Below, in pieces: positions 1 to 8,469 of a stretch of 31,424 nt of DNA. The position numbers were made by a program, and so were the translations under genes. The notes beneath the pieces are model-generated. The model made no database searches and had not been told where the DNA came from. It saw nothing but the letters and a program-made list of their open reading frames with translations. Numbering within the stretch: position 1 is the stretch's first letter; every line of letters begins with the position of its first letter. This DNA is from Chloroflexota bacterium (GTDB taxonomy: Bacteria > Chloroflexota > Dehalococcoidia > UBA2979). The stretch covers positions 1 through 31,424 of the forward strand of contig JAQCIU010000036.1 of the NCBI GenBank assembly GCA_027593235.1, read 5' to 3'.

Positions 1-1
1 A

Positions 2-331
2 TCGCGGCGCCGCCGACGGCCGGCGGACGCGGCCGCCTCGGCGGTCGCGCCGCACGCCGAGGCGCCAGCCGATGACGGTGGTGACGCGGCGACCACCAAC
101 AGCGACGGTGGTTACGGCAAGGCGGCGCTAGTACTGGCGTTGGTCGTCGGGACGTTGATCGAGCGGCTCGCCGCCGGGGTTCTGCCGACAACCGCGCTGG
201 ACGTGTTTCACCTCGTGGTCGCGATCGCGATCGCGTTCCTCGTCGCGCGCTGGTATCGCGGGTTCATGCGCCAGACGCTGGGACGCGCACGGAACAACCG
301 GCTCAACCGCACGAGCAAGCGCCGGCGCTGA
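2..331 (+). CDS. Hypothetical membrane protein, 5'-truncated by the window edge
   Basis: Frame is open from position 2 to TGA at 329-331. It has two hydrophobic stretches (AALVLALVVGTLI; VFHLVVAIAIAFLVA) and a basic C-terminal tail, and converges on fliG. Confidence 0.6.
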   Translation, partial: SRRRRRPADAAASAVAPHAEAPADDGGDAATTNSDGGYGKAALVLALVVGTLIERLAAGVLPTTALDVFHLVVAIAIAFLVARWYRGFMRQTLGRARNNRLNRTSKRRR

Positions 332-332
332 C

Positions 333-1373
333 TCAGGCGACGAGCTGGTCGTCCCCACCGCGGTTGACCACGATCTCGTCGTCGTCCTGTAGGCGCCGAA
401 CGATCGTGACGATGCGGTTCTGGGCCTCGTGGACGAGGGTGAGCCGAATCGGGCCGAGCGCCGCCATGTCCTCGTGCACCATCGCCGAGGCCCGCGTCGA
501 CATATTCGCGAAGATTACTTCGCCGGTGTGCTCGTCGGCGGCGCGCAGCGCAAGCGTGAGATCGGCCTGATTGATCTCGCGGAGCACCCGCTGGAGCGAC
601 CGGGGATCGAGCAACGCCAGGTCATCGAAGACGAACATCTGCTGGCGGATGCGGACCGCGAGCTCCGGATCGAGGTCCTCGATGCCCTCGAGGATGACGC
701 GCTGCGTCGCGATGTCGACGTGCCGGAGCACCTCGACGAGCTGGTTGGCACCGACGAGGGCTGGCCCGGCGGTGGGCGACTGCGCGGCGCCGACGAGGCG
801 GCCCTGCACGATCGCCTCGGTCAGCTCGACGGTCTCGAAACTGGGCTTGTCGAGGTGGACGATCCGCACGAGCGTCTCGATCTGCAACTCCGGCGGGAGC
901 AGCATCAGCAGTTCGGCGGCGTGATCGACGTTCAGGTTGGCGAACATCAGCGCGATGAGCTGCGGGTGCTCGGTGACCAGGAACTCGACGAGCATGCCGG
1001 TGGAGACATACTCAAGGAACTTGAACGGCTTCGGGCGTCCAATCCGGCCCAAGCGGCTCTGCAGATCGGCGGCACGCTCGCTGCCGAAGGCCGCCTCCAG
1101 GATCTGCTGCACCGTCTCCGGACCGCCGACGCTGGCGTAGTCACGCGAGGTCAGCGACGCGTAGAAGTCGCGGAGCACGTCCTCACGCTCCGCTTGCCCG
1201 AGCTGCTCGGTATGTGCGACGAGCCACGCGAGGTGCGCGACCTGTTCTTCCGGGAGGTGCGTGAGCACCTGCGAGGCGTGAGTCCGGCCGAGGGCGACCA
1301 TGAGCTGAGCAGCGCGGCGGGGACCGTAGCCTGGATTTCGCGCTGGACTGCCCGATTCGGCGGTTGGTGTCAT
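333..1373 (-). CDS. fliG: Flagellar motor switch protein FliG
   Basis: Contains the EHPQ motif (TEHPQLIAL), MFVFDDL (MFxF), MSTRASAMVHEDM and GPIRL (torque helix region) and a GGDDQLV C-terminus. Start placed at ATG 1373; GTG 1376 is the alternative and the ORF track extends to 1448. Confidence 0.93.
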   Translation of the reverse strand: MTPTAESGSPARNPGYGPRRAAQLMVALGRTHASQVLTHLPEEQVAHLAWLVAHTEQLGQAEREDVLRDFYASLTSRDYASVGGPETVQQILEAAFGSERAADLQSRLGRIGRPKPFKFLEYVSTGMLVEFLVTEHPQLIALMFANLNVDHAAELLMLLPPELQIETLVRIVHLDKPSFETVELTEAIVQGRLVGAAQSPTAGPALVGANQLVEVLRHVDIATQRVILEGIEDLDPELAVRIRQQMFVFDDLALLDPRSLQRVLREINQADLTLALRAADEHTGEVIFANMSTRASAMVHEDMAALGPIRLTLVHEAQNRIVTIVRRLQDDDEIVVNRGGDDQLVA

Positions 1374-1381
1374 CACCCTGA

Positions 1382-1409
1382 ATATCGGTTGCTGTGAGCG
1401 ACCGATGAG
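1382..1409 (-). promoter_or_regulatory. Possible sigma28 (FliA/SigD)-type promoter for fliG
   Basis: Minus strand reads CTCAT-N15-ACCGATAT against the consensus TAAA/TCAAG-N15-GCCGATAT, ending 5-8 nt upstream of GTG/ATG. Confidence 0.35.
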
Positions 1410-1451
1410 TGTCTGAGGAGAAACGAACGTGATTTCCTCAATGTTCATGGG

Positions 1452-1913
1452 CTAGCGACTCCCTGCCCGCTCGAACCAGGTCGCGTCCCCAACTGGCGGG
1501 TCCGCGATGGGGGTGTAGCCGACGCGCAGCATGAAATAGAGCCCGCGCCCATTGGTCCGGGGTACCCGGGTGGTGAGGCGCTCCACGCCCTCGGTGGTCA
1601 GGCGCCGCTCGGCGGCGAGCAGCGCCTTCGTGGCGTAGGCATGGCCGCGATGCGCGGGATCGACGGCGAGCGCCAGGACGGCCGCGGTCCCGGGCCGCGG
1701 ATAGTCCCGCTGAATGGCGACGAGCCCGACATCCTCGGCGTCAGCCTGGAGCAGATAGAGCTCGGCGGAATCGGGCAGCGACGGCAGTTCGCCCTCAAAG
1801 CCACGCTCGACGCCGTCGGCCAGCGCTTGACGGAAGGCCGGGTGCGCGTCGAGATCGATCGGTGGCGCGGGCATGAGCGAGACGTCCTGGAAGGTGGCCC
1901 AGGCAGCGGTCAC
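1452..1913 (-). CDS. GNAT family N-acetyltransferase
   Basis: Motif A LAVDPAHRGHAYA and motif B NGRGLYFMLRVGY. GTGA start/stop overlap with dinG. Confidence 0.85.
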   Translation of the reverse strand: MTAAWATFQDVSLMPAPPIDLDAHPAFRQALADGVERGFEGELPSLPDSAELYLLQADAEDVGLVAIQRDYPRPGTAAVLALAVDPAHRGHAYATKALLAAERRLTTEGVERLTTRVPRTNGRGLYFMLRVGYTPIADPPVGDATWFERAGSR

Positions 1914-4735
1914 CGGTTGAGCCAGTCCGCGACGGCGTCGGCGACCGCGCCTGCCTTCAGCGTGCGCAGTTCCGTGTCCGGCAGGCCTTGGAGGAACGCC
2001 TTGCCGTAGTCGCGCCGCGCGACACGGCTGTCGGCGATCAGGAAGACGCCACGGTCAGTGGTGCGGCGAATCAGGCGACCGAACCCCTGGCGGAAGCGCA
2101 GTACCGACTGCGGCAAGGCGTATTCGGAGAAGGGGTCCTGGAAGCGCTCGGCGCGACCGGCGTAGACCGGATCGGTGGGCACCGGGAAGGGCAGCCGGGC
2201 GATCACGATCTGCGAGAGCGCTTCGCCCGGAACGTCGACGCCCTCCCAGAAGGCGGCGGTGCCGAGGATCATCGAGTTGGGCTGCTCCTGGAGCATCCGC
2301 AGCAGCCGCGCCGGCGAGCCATCGATGCGCTGCGCGAGCACGCGCACGTTGCGCGGTGCGAGGTCTTCGCGGAGATCGTTGGCGGCGGCGCGCAGCGCCG
2401 CGTGCGAGGTGAAGAGAGCGAGCGTGCGGCCGCCGGCGGCGAGCGCGGCGTCGGCAAGCAACTCGTGCAGCGCGAACTCGTAGCCCGGCATGCCGGGCTC
2501 GGGGAGATCGTCGACGACGAGCGTCAGCACGGCGCGTCGGTAATCGAACGGCGACGGCACGACGAGCGTCTCCGCTTCGTCGAGGCCGAGTCGGCGCAGG
2601 CTGAAGTCGAACGATCCGGACGTCTGGAGCGTGGCGCTGGTCGCGAGGATGGACTCGCGTCCGTCGAACAGTTCGGACTGGAGCCGTGGAGCGACGTCCA
2701 GCGGCGCGAGGTTGATGCGAACGTCGCCCTCGCCGAGCACGAGCCACGAGACGTCGTCGCGGGTGGGCGACAGCACGGCGTGGTTGAGGACGCCGCGCAG
2801 CTCCTCGGTCTGGGTACGGAGGCCGAGGGCGAGCGGCCCGATCGTGCGGGCGTCGGGGATCGAGTCCGGCACGGAGCCGATGGTGTCGGCGACGGACCCG
2901 AGGCGGCTCGAGAGCACCTGCAGCGAGATCTCGAGCTGGATCGCCGTTTCCTCGACGTCCTCCCACTGCGGCTGGGAGCGGACGCCCTTGGTGAGTGGCA
3001 GCTCGGTGCGGTTGCGAGCGCGATCGTCCTCAAACTGGTCGCGCGCGAAGTCGCGGAGCGTGTCGGTGAACGCGCGCAACGCATCGCGCCCGCCGGTAAC
3101 CGCAGGCTCGATCTGATCGGCGAGCGCGCTGAAGCCGGCGACCGGCGACAGCGCAGCCGTGGGCGCGGCCAGCTCGCCCTGACGGAGTAGCCGCGCGAGG
3201 CCGACGGCGCCATGACGCTCGTTGGAGCCGGCGCGATCGAACAGCTCGCGCGCATCGCGCACGCCGAACGAGGCGCCGAAGTGCTGGGTGGCGACATCCT
3301 CGAGGCGGTGCGCCTCATCGATCACAAGATGGCGGAACGGCGGGAGGAGCTGATCGGAACGCGAGGCGTTGGCGAGCAGCAGCGCGTGGTTGACGATCAC
3401 GACGTGGGAACCGGCTGCCCGCTGACGCGCCCGCAGCACGAAGCAGCTTCCGTCGCGGACGAACGAGCAGCGTCGCGAGAGACAGTCGGTGCCGTCCGCG
3501 GAGAGGCGTGACCACGCCGGTTGCTCATCGGAGGTCATGTACAACTCGGCGACGTCGCCGGTGGAGGTGCTGGGCAGCCAGTTCGCGATGCGCCCGTAGA
3601 GGCGGGCCTCTGGCTCGTTGCGCGGGCGCGCCTCAAGGCGGGCCTGCGTCCACAGATCGAGACAGAGGTAGTTCGTGCGGCCCTTGAGCACGGAGGCGCG
3701 GAGCTGGCTGGCCGGTTCACCGGTCGCCGCCTCAATCAGGCTCGCGGCCAGCGGGACATCGTGGTGAGCGAGCTGCTCCTGGAGGTTGATGGTGTGCGTG
3801 GAGACCACGACGCGATCGTGGTTCCGGCTGGCATGCAACAGCGCCGGTACGAGGTAGCCCAACGACTTGCCGGTGCCGGTCCCCGCCTCGATCGCATACG
3901 ACCCGCCGTGAGCGAGTTGCTGCGCGACCTGGCGAGCCATCTCCACCTGCCCGGGGCGCGGCTCGTAGTCGGCGAACAGATCGGCACGGCGGGACGCCGC
4001 GTCGAAGACAGCGGCGACCTCGTCGCCGGCGACGGTGACAGGCTTGTCGCTGGGGACGAGCGGCGCAATCACCTCCGGCGGCTGTGGCTGGCGCAGGCGT
4101 TCGACGATCGCGGCCGCCTCGGCATCGTCGATCACGGGCTCCGCGGGCGCGCGGAGGATCGCTTCCGCGATCAGCGTCGCGGCGGACCAGCGTGCGGCGG
4201 CGGCGAAGTCGTGCAGCTCACCGAGGAGTGAGCGCGGCAGCTCCTCGAAGCGGGCGAGCAGCGCGAGGAAGATGTCGCGCGTGGTCTCGGCATCCTCGAG
4301 GGCGCGGTGCGCCTGCCGCAGCGGGACGTTGAGGAGTTCGGCGATCGAGGCGAGGTTGAGGTGATCGGCGCGCGGGAGCAGCACCGAGGCGATCTCCCAG
4401 GTGTCGTAGATCGGCCCCGGCAGATCGAGCCCGGCGCTCGACAGGAACCCCAGGTCGAACTTGATGTTCTGCCCCACGACCGGGCAGTTCCCGACGAAGG
4501 TGGCCAATTCGTTGACGACGCGCTCAAAGCGAGGAGCGTCCGCGACATCGGCGTCGGTGATGCCGGTCAGTTGCTGGATCTCCATCGGGATCGAGCGACC
4601 GGGGTTCACGAACGTGTGGAATTGCTCGCTCCCACCATCGCGATCGAAGCGGGTGGCACCGATCTCGGTGATCTCATCGACCTCGGGATTCAGCCCCGTG
4701 GTTTCGAGATCGAGCGCGACGAACTGTTGAGACAA
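1910..4735 (-). CDS. dinG: DnaQ-like DEDDh 3'-5' exonuclease fused to a DinG-family SF2 helicase
   Basis: Exonuclease motifs ALDLETTG, GQNIKFD and HRALEDA; Walker A EAGTGTGKS; DEAH; four Cys (NYLC...DCLSRRC...SCF) for an Fe-S cluster; FWEGVDVPG; QGFGRLIR. TTG start at 4735 with a GAAGGG SD. The track's N-terminal extension is spurious. Confidence 0.93.
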   Translation of the reverse strand: MSQQFVALDLETTGLNPEVDEITEIGATRFDRDGGSEQFHTFVNPGRSIPMEIQQLTGITDADVADAPRFERVVNELATFVGNCPVVGQNIKFDLGFLSSAGLDLPGPIYDTWEIASVLLPRADHLNLASIAELLNVPLRQAHRALEDAETTRDIFLALLARFEELPRSLLGELHDFAAAARWSAATLIAEAILRAPAEPVIDDAEAAAIVERLRQPQPPEVIAPLVPSDKPVTVAGDEVAAVFDAASRRADLFADYEPRPGQVEMARQVAQQLAHGGSYAIEAGTGTGKSLGYLVPALLHASRNHDRVVVSTHTINLQEQLAHHDVPLAASLIEAATGEPASQLRASVLKGRTNYLCLDLWTQARLEARPRNEPEARLYGRIANWLPSTSTGDVAELYMTSDEQPAWSRLSADGTDCLSRRCSFVRDGSCFVLRARQRAAGSHVVIVNHALLLANASRSDQLLPPFRHLVIDEAHRLEDVATQHFGASFGVRDARELFDRAGSNERHGAVGLARLLRQGELAAPTAALSPVAGFSALADQIEPAVTGGRDALRAFTDTLRDFARDQFEDDRARNRTELPLTKGVRSQPQWEDVEETAIQLEISLQVLSSRLGSVADTIGSVPDSIPDARTIGPLALGLRTQTEELRGVLNHAVLSPTRDDVSWLVLGEGDVRINLAPLDVAPRLQSELFDGRESILATSATLQTSGSFDFSLRRLGLDEAETLVVPSPFDYRRAVLTLVVDDLPEPGMPGYEFALHELLADAALAAGGRTLALFTSHAALRAAANDLREDLAPRNVRVLAQRIDGSPARLLRMLQEQPNSMILGTAAFWEGVDVPGEALSQIVIARLPFPVPTDPVYAGRAERFQDPFSEYALPQSVLRFRQGFGRLIRRTTDRGVFLIADSRVARRDYGKAFLQGLPDTELRTLKAGAVADAVADWLNR

Positions 4736-4776
4736 CGCGAACCCTTCGCGACGGATCGGAGCGGGGGAGTGGGGCG

Positions 4777-4782
4777 AGTGTA
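4777..4782 (-). promoter_or_regulatory. Putative -10 element (TACACT) upstream of dinG
   Basis: TAnnnT hexamer in the GC-rich intergenic gap, about 40 nt upstream of the start. Confidence 0.4.
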
Positions 4783-4835
4783 CGGGGCGCGGCGAATGTG
4801 CTCGCGAGCGGTCGGTTCTGGCCCCGAGCGCAGGA

Positions 4836-5549
4836 TCAGGCTGGGCGCGCGGTTTCCTGCTCGGCGGCCTCGATGCTGCCGTGGTCGAAGCGGACCCAGC
4901 GCTGGGCCTTCGTCTTGTGAATCGCCTCGAAATCGCCGGAATGGAGCGCCTCGAGCAACTCGGGCGTGGAGCCGATGGTGCCGCGGAACGCGGTCGCGAA
5001 GGTGCCGATGCCGGAGGTTGAGTGTGCGTCGCTGCCGCCAGTCGCGGGCATCCCGAGGATGCGGGCGACGGAGAGGGCGAAGTAGTTCTCCTGCGGGGTG
5101 TTCGCGCCGTTGGCGACCTCGATGCCGTGCACCAGCTTGAAGACCTCCATCTGCTCGGCGGCCTCCTCCGGCGTGAGTTCGAACTTCTCGCCCGTACGCA
5201 TGGCGGTGACGGGGTCGAAGAGACGGCGGAAGGGGTGCGCGACGACGACAAAGGCGCCGATCTTGTCGGCCTCTTCGCGGAGCTTCTCCAGACGGCGGAT
5301 GCCGGGCAGGTAACTGGAGAAGCCGAAGGCGAGCATGTGACCGAGGTCCGTGGAGACCTCCATGCCGAAGTTGATGAAGAGATCGGGGTACTGGGCGCGG
5401 AAGTCTTCCTGGCGATGGGATTCCAGGGTGAAGTCGTGCTCCGACATGGAGACGGCGGTCAGGCCGTTGGCGATCGCAAGTTCCACGAGTTCCGAGGGCT
5501 GCAACATGCTGTCCGAGGAAGCCGGGTTGGTGTGGACGTGAACGTCCAT
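4836..5549 (-). CDS. PHP-domain metal-dependent phosphoesterase
   Basis: DVHVHT, SEHD, GMEVST..GH, AHP and GGSDAH motifs. The true start may be CTG at 5582, which follows a GGAGG SD. Confidence 0.88.
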   Translation of the reverse strand: MDVHVHTNPASSDSMLQPSELVELAIANGLTAVSMSEHDFTLESHRQEDFRAQYPDLFINFGMEVSTDLGHMLAFGFSSYLPGIRRLEKLREEADKIGAFVVVAHPFRRLFDPVTAMRTGEKFELTPEEAAEQMEVFKLVHGIEVANGANTPQENYFALSVARILGMPATGGSDAHSTSGIGTFATAFRGTIGSTPELLEALHSGDFEAIHKTKAQRWVRFDHGSIEAAEQETARPA

Positions 5550-5716
5550 GCGCGTGCCATCGAGACCGTTTGTGAGTTCCAGGGCGGGTCCGCCTCCGCT
5601 ACGACACGCAAGACCGGGACTTCATCACGAAATCACCGCGCGCACGAAGGGCTGAGCATATCGGCCGTGTTTCGCGCGGGCCAGCGGTCGAACGGCGCAT
5701 CCGCCGCGATCAGGCG

Positions 5717-6112
5717 CTAACCGAGGCCAGCGAGGGCCGGCAGCATGACGCCGAACCCGGCGAGCGCGACCGCGACCGTGGACCAGGTCAGCCAGCCAGG
5801 CATGCCACGGATCACGGCGTACAGGCCGAGTGCGAGCGTGACGATCACGACGATGGTGATCGAGAAGGCAGGCTGGTCCGTGCCGAGGAAGACGGCGCCG
5901 AGGACGAGCCCGACCAGCGTCCAGAAGAGCATCATCGCGTTGACGACGACCACGCCGAGGATTGGCAGGCGGAGGCGGCTGCGGTTGACGCGGGTTTGCC
6001 AGGCCGGGTCGTACGCGAGCGCGATCAGGACGAGCGCGGTCGTGGCGAATGCCACTGCAGCGCCAGAGACCCAGCCAGCGAGGAGCGCGCGACCCGTATC
6101 GCCGTCAGGCAT
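5717..6112 (-). CDS. Hypothetical integral membrane protein (about 4 TM, 131 aa)
   Basis: ATG at 6112 overlaps the ispE stop (ATGCCTGA). Four hydrophobic segments. Confidence 0.75.
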   Translation of the reverse strand: MPDGDTGRALLAGWVSGAAVAFATTALVLIALAYDPAWQTRVNRSRLRLPILGVVVVNAMMLFWTLVGLVLGAVFLGTDQPAFSITIVVIVTLALGLYAVIRGMPGWLTWSTVAVALAGFGVMLPALAGLG

Positions 6113-7034
6113 CCGGCGCGCTGCCCGCGGGCGCGGGCAACTCCTCGATCGCGAGCGCCGCACTCCTCGAAATCGTGCGGGCTTCGAGGACGGTCGCGCC
6201 GAGCTGCTCGAACTCGCGGCGGAGTACCGGGAGCTTGGCCTGCTCGTGGACGAACATGTAGACGGCGGGCCCGGAGCCACAGAGGTGGAGGCGCGGAGCG
6301 GCGGCGTGACGGTAGCGCGCGTAGTGCGCAACCAGCTCCGGCGTGCTGCGCTCGATCACGGCCTCGAAGGCGTTGATCAGGTCGTTGGTGGGCGGCGGTG
6401 CGCCGCGCGCGATGCGGTGCGCCAGCCGCTGGGTGCGGTGGCCGTCGCTGAAGTCGTGCGTGTGCAGCGCTGCGTAGCGCGCGGCCGTCTTGTCCGATGC
6501 CGCCGGTACCGGCGGAACCAGCACGAGCAGCCGCGTCTCACCGAGGTCGCGCAGCGGCTCGACGAGTTCGCCACGACCGGTGCAGTGCGCAGTGCCACCG
6601 TGGACAAAGAACGGCACGTCCGATCCGATCGTGGCGCCGATCTTCGCGAGGCGTTCCGGCGACCAGTTGAGCTCCCACATCACACTGAGGCCGCGCAGCA
6701 CCGCCCCGGCGTCCGAGGAGCCACCACCCAGACCGGCCGGCGAGGGGATCCGCTTCTCGACCTCGATCGCGACATCCGGCCGGCGGCCGGCGGCATCGGC
6801 GATCGCGCGAGCGGCGCGCCCGGCGAGATCGTCGGTCGGGTCGATCCCGCGCCGGAACTCGCCGCTGATCGTGACGCTGAGCTCGGATGCGGGACGGAGG
6901 ACCACCCGATCGGCGAGGCTCAGCGTCGTCATCACGGTGGCGATCTCGTGGTAGCCGTCCTTGCGCCGCCGGACGACCTCGAGGGCGAGGTTGATCTTCG
7001 CATGCGCGCGCAGCCGGACGCCGTGCGAGGTCAT
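6105..7034 (-). CDS. ispE: 4-diphosphocytidyl-2-C-methyl-D-erythritol kinase
   Basis: AKINLAL, KRIPSPAGLGGGSSDA (GHMP ATP loop), GSDVPFF, GRGE and GSG motifs. ATGA overlap with rsmA. Confidence 0.93.
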   Translation of the reverse strand: MTSHGVRLRAHAKINLALEVVRRRKDGYHEIATVMTTLSLADRVVLRPASELSVTISGEFRRGIDPTDDLAGRAARAIADAAGRRPDVAIEVEKRIPSPAGLGGGSSDAGAVLRGLSVMWELNWSPERLAKIGATIGSDVPFFVHGGTAHCTGRGELVEPLRDLGETRLLVLVPPVPAASDKTAARYAALHTHDFSDGHRTQRLAHRIARGAPPPTNDLINAFEAVIERSTPELVAHYARYRHAAAPRLHLCGSGPAVYMFVHEQAKLPVLRREFEQLGATVLEARTISRSAALAIEELPAPAGSAPDA

Positions 7035-7966
7035 GCCGGCTCCTGGACGACGAGCGCTTCCGGGTGCTTCGCCTCGATCGAGCGGTAGAGCCGCTCCCAG
7101 TCCGCGAGGCCAAGGTGCTGGGCGCGCAGCGCGGGATCGAGCCCGGCGTCGCGGAGCAACGTCTCGATGACGGCGTTCGGCAGGCCGAGCGCGCCCGGGA
7201 GTGCGTTGTGGAGTTGCTTCCGAGGGCTGGCGTAGCCGGCGCGCAAGAGGTGGAAGAACGACACGCGCTCCTCGGCGGTGATCGGGATCGGCGGAGCCGA
7301 TAGCCGGTCGATCGCGACGACGGCGGAGTCGACCTTCGGCGCGGGCCAGAAGGCGGAGGACGGCACGTCGCGAAGGATGCGCGGGGCGCCGTAGAACTTG
7401 ATCGACATCGAGAGCAGCGATTCGCGACCGGCCGCGCCGACCATCCGCCGCGAGACCTCGCGCTGCACCATGACGACGATCCGCTGCGGCGCGGGATCGG
7501 CCTCCAGGAGGCGTCGCACGATCGGTTGGGTGATGTAGTACGGCAGGTTGCCGGCGACGACGAACGGCCCGCTGACCCCCGCCTCCGCGAGGAGCTCGCC
7601 CGGCTCAAAATCGAGGATATCGGCGGCGATCACGGTGAGCCCGCCGCGGCTCTCCAGGCGCGCCTGCGTCAGGCCCGCCAGCTCCTCGTCGATCTCGACG
7701 GCGACGACCCGCGCGAAGCGCTGGAGCAGCTCTTCCGTCAGCCCGCCCGGGCCGGCGCCCACCTCCAAGACGGTGTCGACGTCGGGGGTGACGGTGGCAG
7801 CGGCGATGTCGCTGAGCGCGAGTTCATCGATCAGGAAGTTCTGGCCGAGCGCCTTCCGCGGCTGAACGCCGAGCCGTTCGAGGTAGGGGGGCAACGGTGG
7901 GACGGAATCGCCGCGCCCACCTGGCCGGCGTGTGTCGCCACGTCCGCGCGTGCGTGCGGGGCTCAC
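7031..7966 (-). CDS. rsmA: 16S rRNA adenine dimethyltransferase RsmA/KsgA
   Basis: KALGQNFL, LEVGAGPGGLT, VEID, GNLPYYIT, MVQREV and FWPAPKVDS motifs. GTG start at 7966 after a GAGGT SD; the start is uncertain. Confidence 0.93.
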   Translation of the reverse strand: MSPARTRGRGDTRRPGGRGDSVPPLPPYLERLGVQPRKALGQNFLIDELALSDIAAATVTPDVDTVLEVGAGPGGLTEELLQRFARVVAVEIDEELAGLTQARLESRGGLTVIAADILDFEPGELLAEAGVSGPFVVAGNLPYYITQPIVRRLLEADPAPQRIVVMVQREVSRRMVGAAGRESLLSMSIKFYGAPRILRDVPSSAFWPAPKVDSAVVAIDRLSAPPIPITAEERVSFFHLLRAGYASPRKQLHNALPGALGLPNAVIETLLRDAGLDPALRAQHLGLADWERLYRSIEAKHPEALVVQEPA

Positions 7967-8041
7967 GAGCGACCTCGATGGTGTGCGCGCGGCGCCAGTG
8001 TGCGGCGCGCGGAATGGGGACATGGGCGTGCGGCAATAGAA

Positions 8042-8310
8042 AGTGGTCGTGCCCCGCCGTCGAACCGTGTCACGGTCTTACTCCCGCCGGTCGACTCAAA
8101 CCCGGCGACCCTACGGCACCCGATGAGACCGACGTACCGCTGCTTCCTTCCGGACCTGACGGGATTAGCCGGGCATCGCCGCGCAGGACCAGGTTCTCAA
8201 CGCCTCCAGCGATCGCAGTTTCCGTAGCAGCGAGTCCTCGGGCGGGCATTCAGCCCCGCTAAAGCGGATTGCGGGTACAGGGCACCGCTAGTTCCCCGCC
8301 TAGCACAACC
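8042..8310 (-). ncRNA. ffs: Large bacterial SRP RNA with Alu domain
   Basis: Minus strand has the domain IV signature GTCAGGTCCGGAAGGAAGCAGC and the 5' Alu-type sequence GCTAGGCGGGGAACTAGCGGTGCCCTGTACCCGCAATCCGC. The ends pair (GGTTGTGC / GCACGACC). Length about 268 nt. Confidence 0.93.
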
Positions 8311-8316
8311 AGCCGG

Positions 8317-8325
8317 ATCGTATCA
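8317..8325 (-). promoter_or_regulatory. Extended -10 promoter (TGATACGAT) of the SRP RNA
   Basis: TGnTAnnnT located 6 nt upstream of the predicted SRP RNA 5' end. Confidence 0.65.
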
Positions 8326-8469
8326 GCCGGGCCGATTCCCAAGGAAGCGCCCCGCCGAGGAGGCCGTGTTCGCGACGTGATGCGCGGGACGGGGCGCCAC
8401 GCGAGGTAGCGCGATCCATGGGCTAAACTCGCTCGACGCCAACTCGTCCCCCGTGAATCCGAGGCCCAC

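Noticed and set aside
4736-5251. N-terminal extension making DinG 1113 aa
   Set aside because: Low-complexity Arg/Ser/Pro sequence overlapping the PHP gene in another frame. An SD and TTG at 4735 sit right before the exonuclease motif.
8340-8460. Possible tRNA upstream of the SRP RNA
   Set aside because: No cloverleaf or TTCGA T-loop on either strand; it reads as a divergent promoter region.
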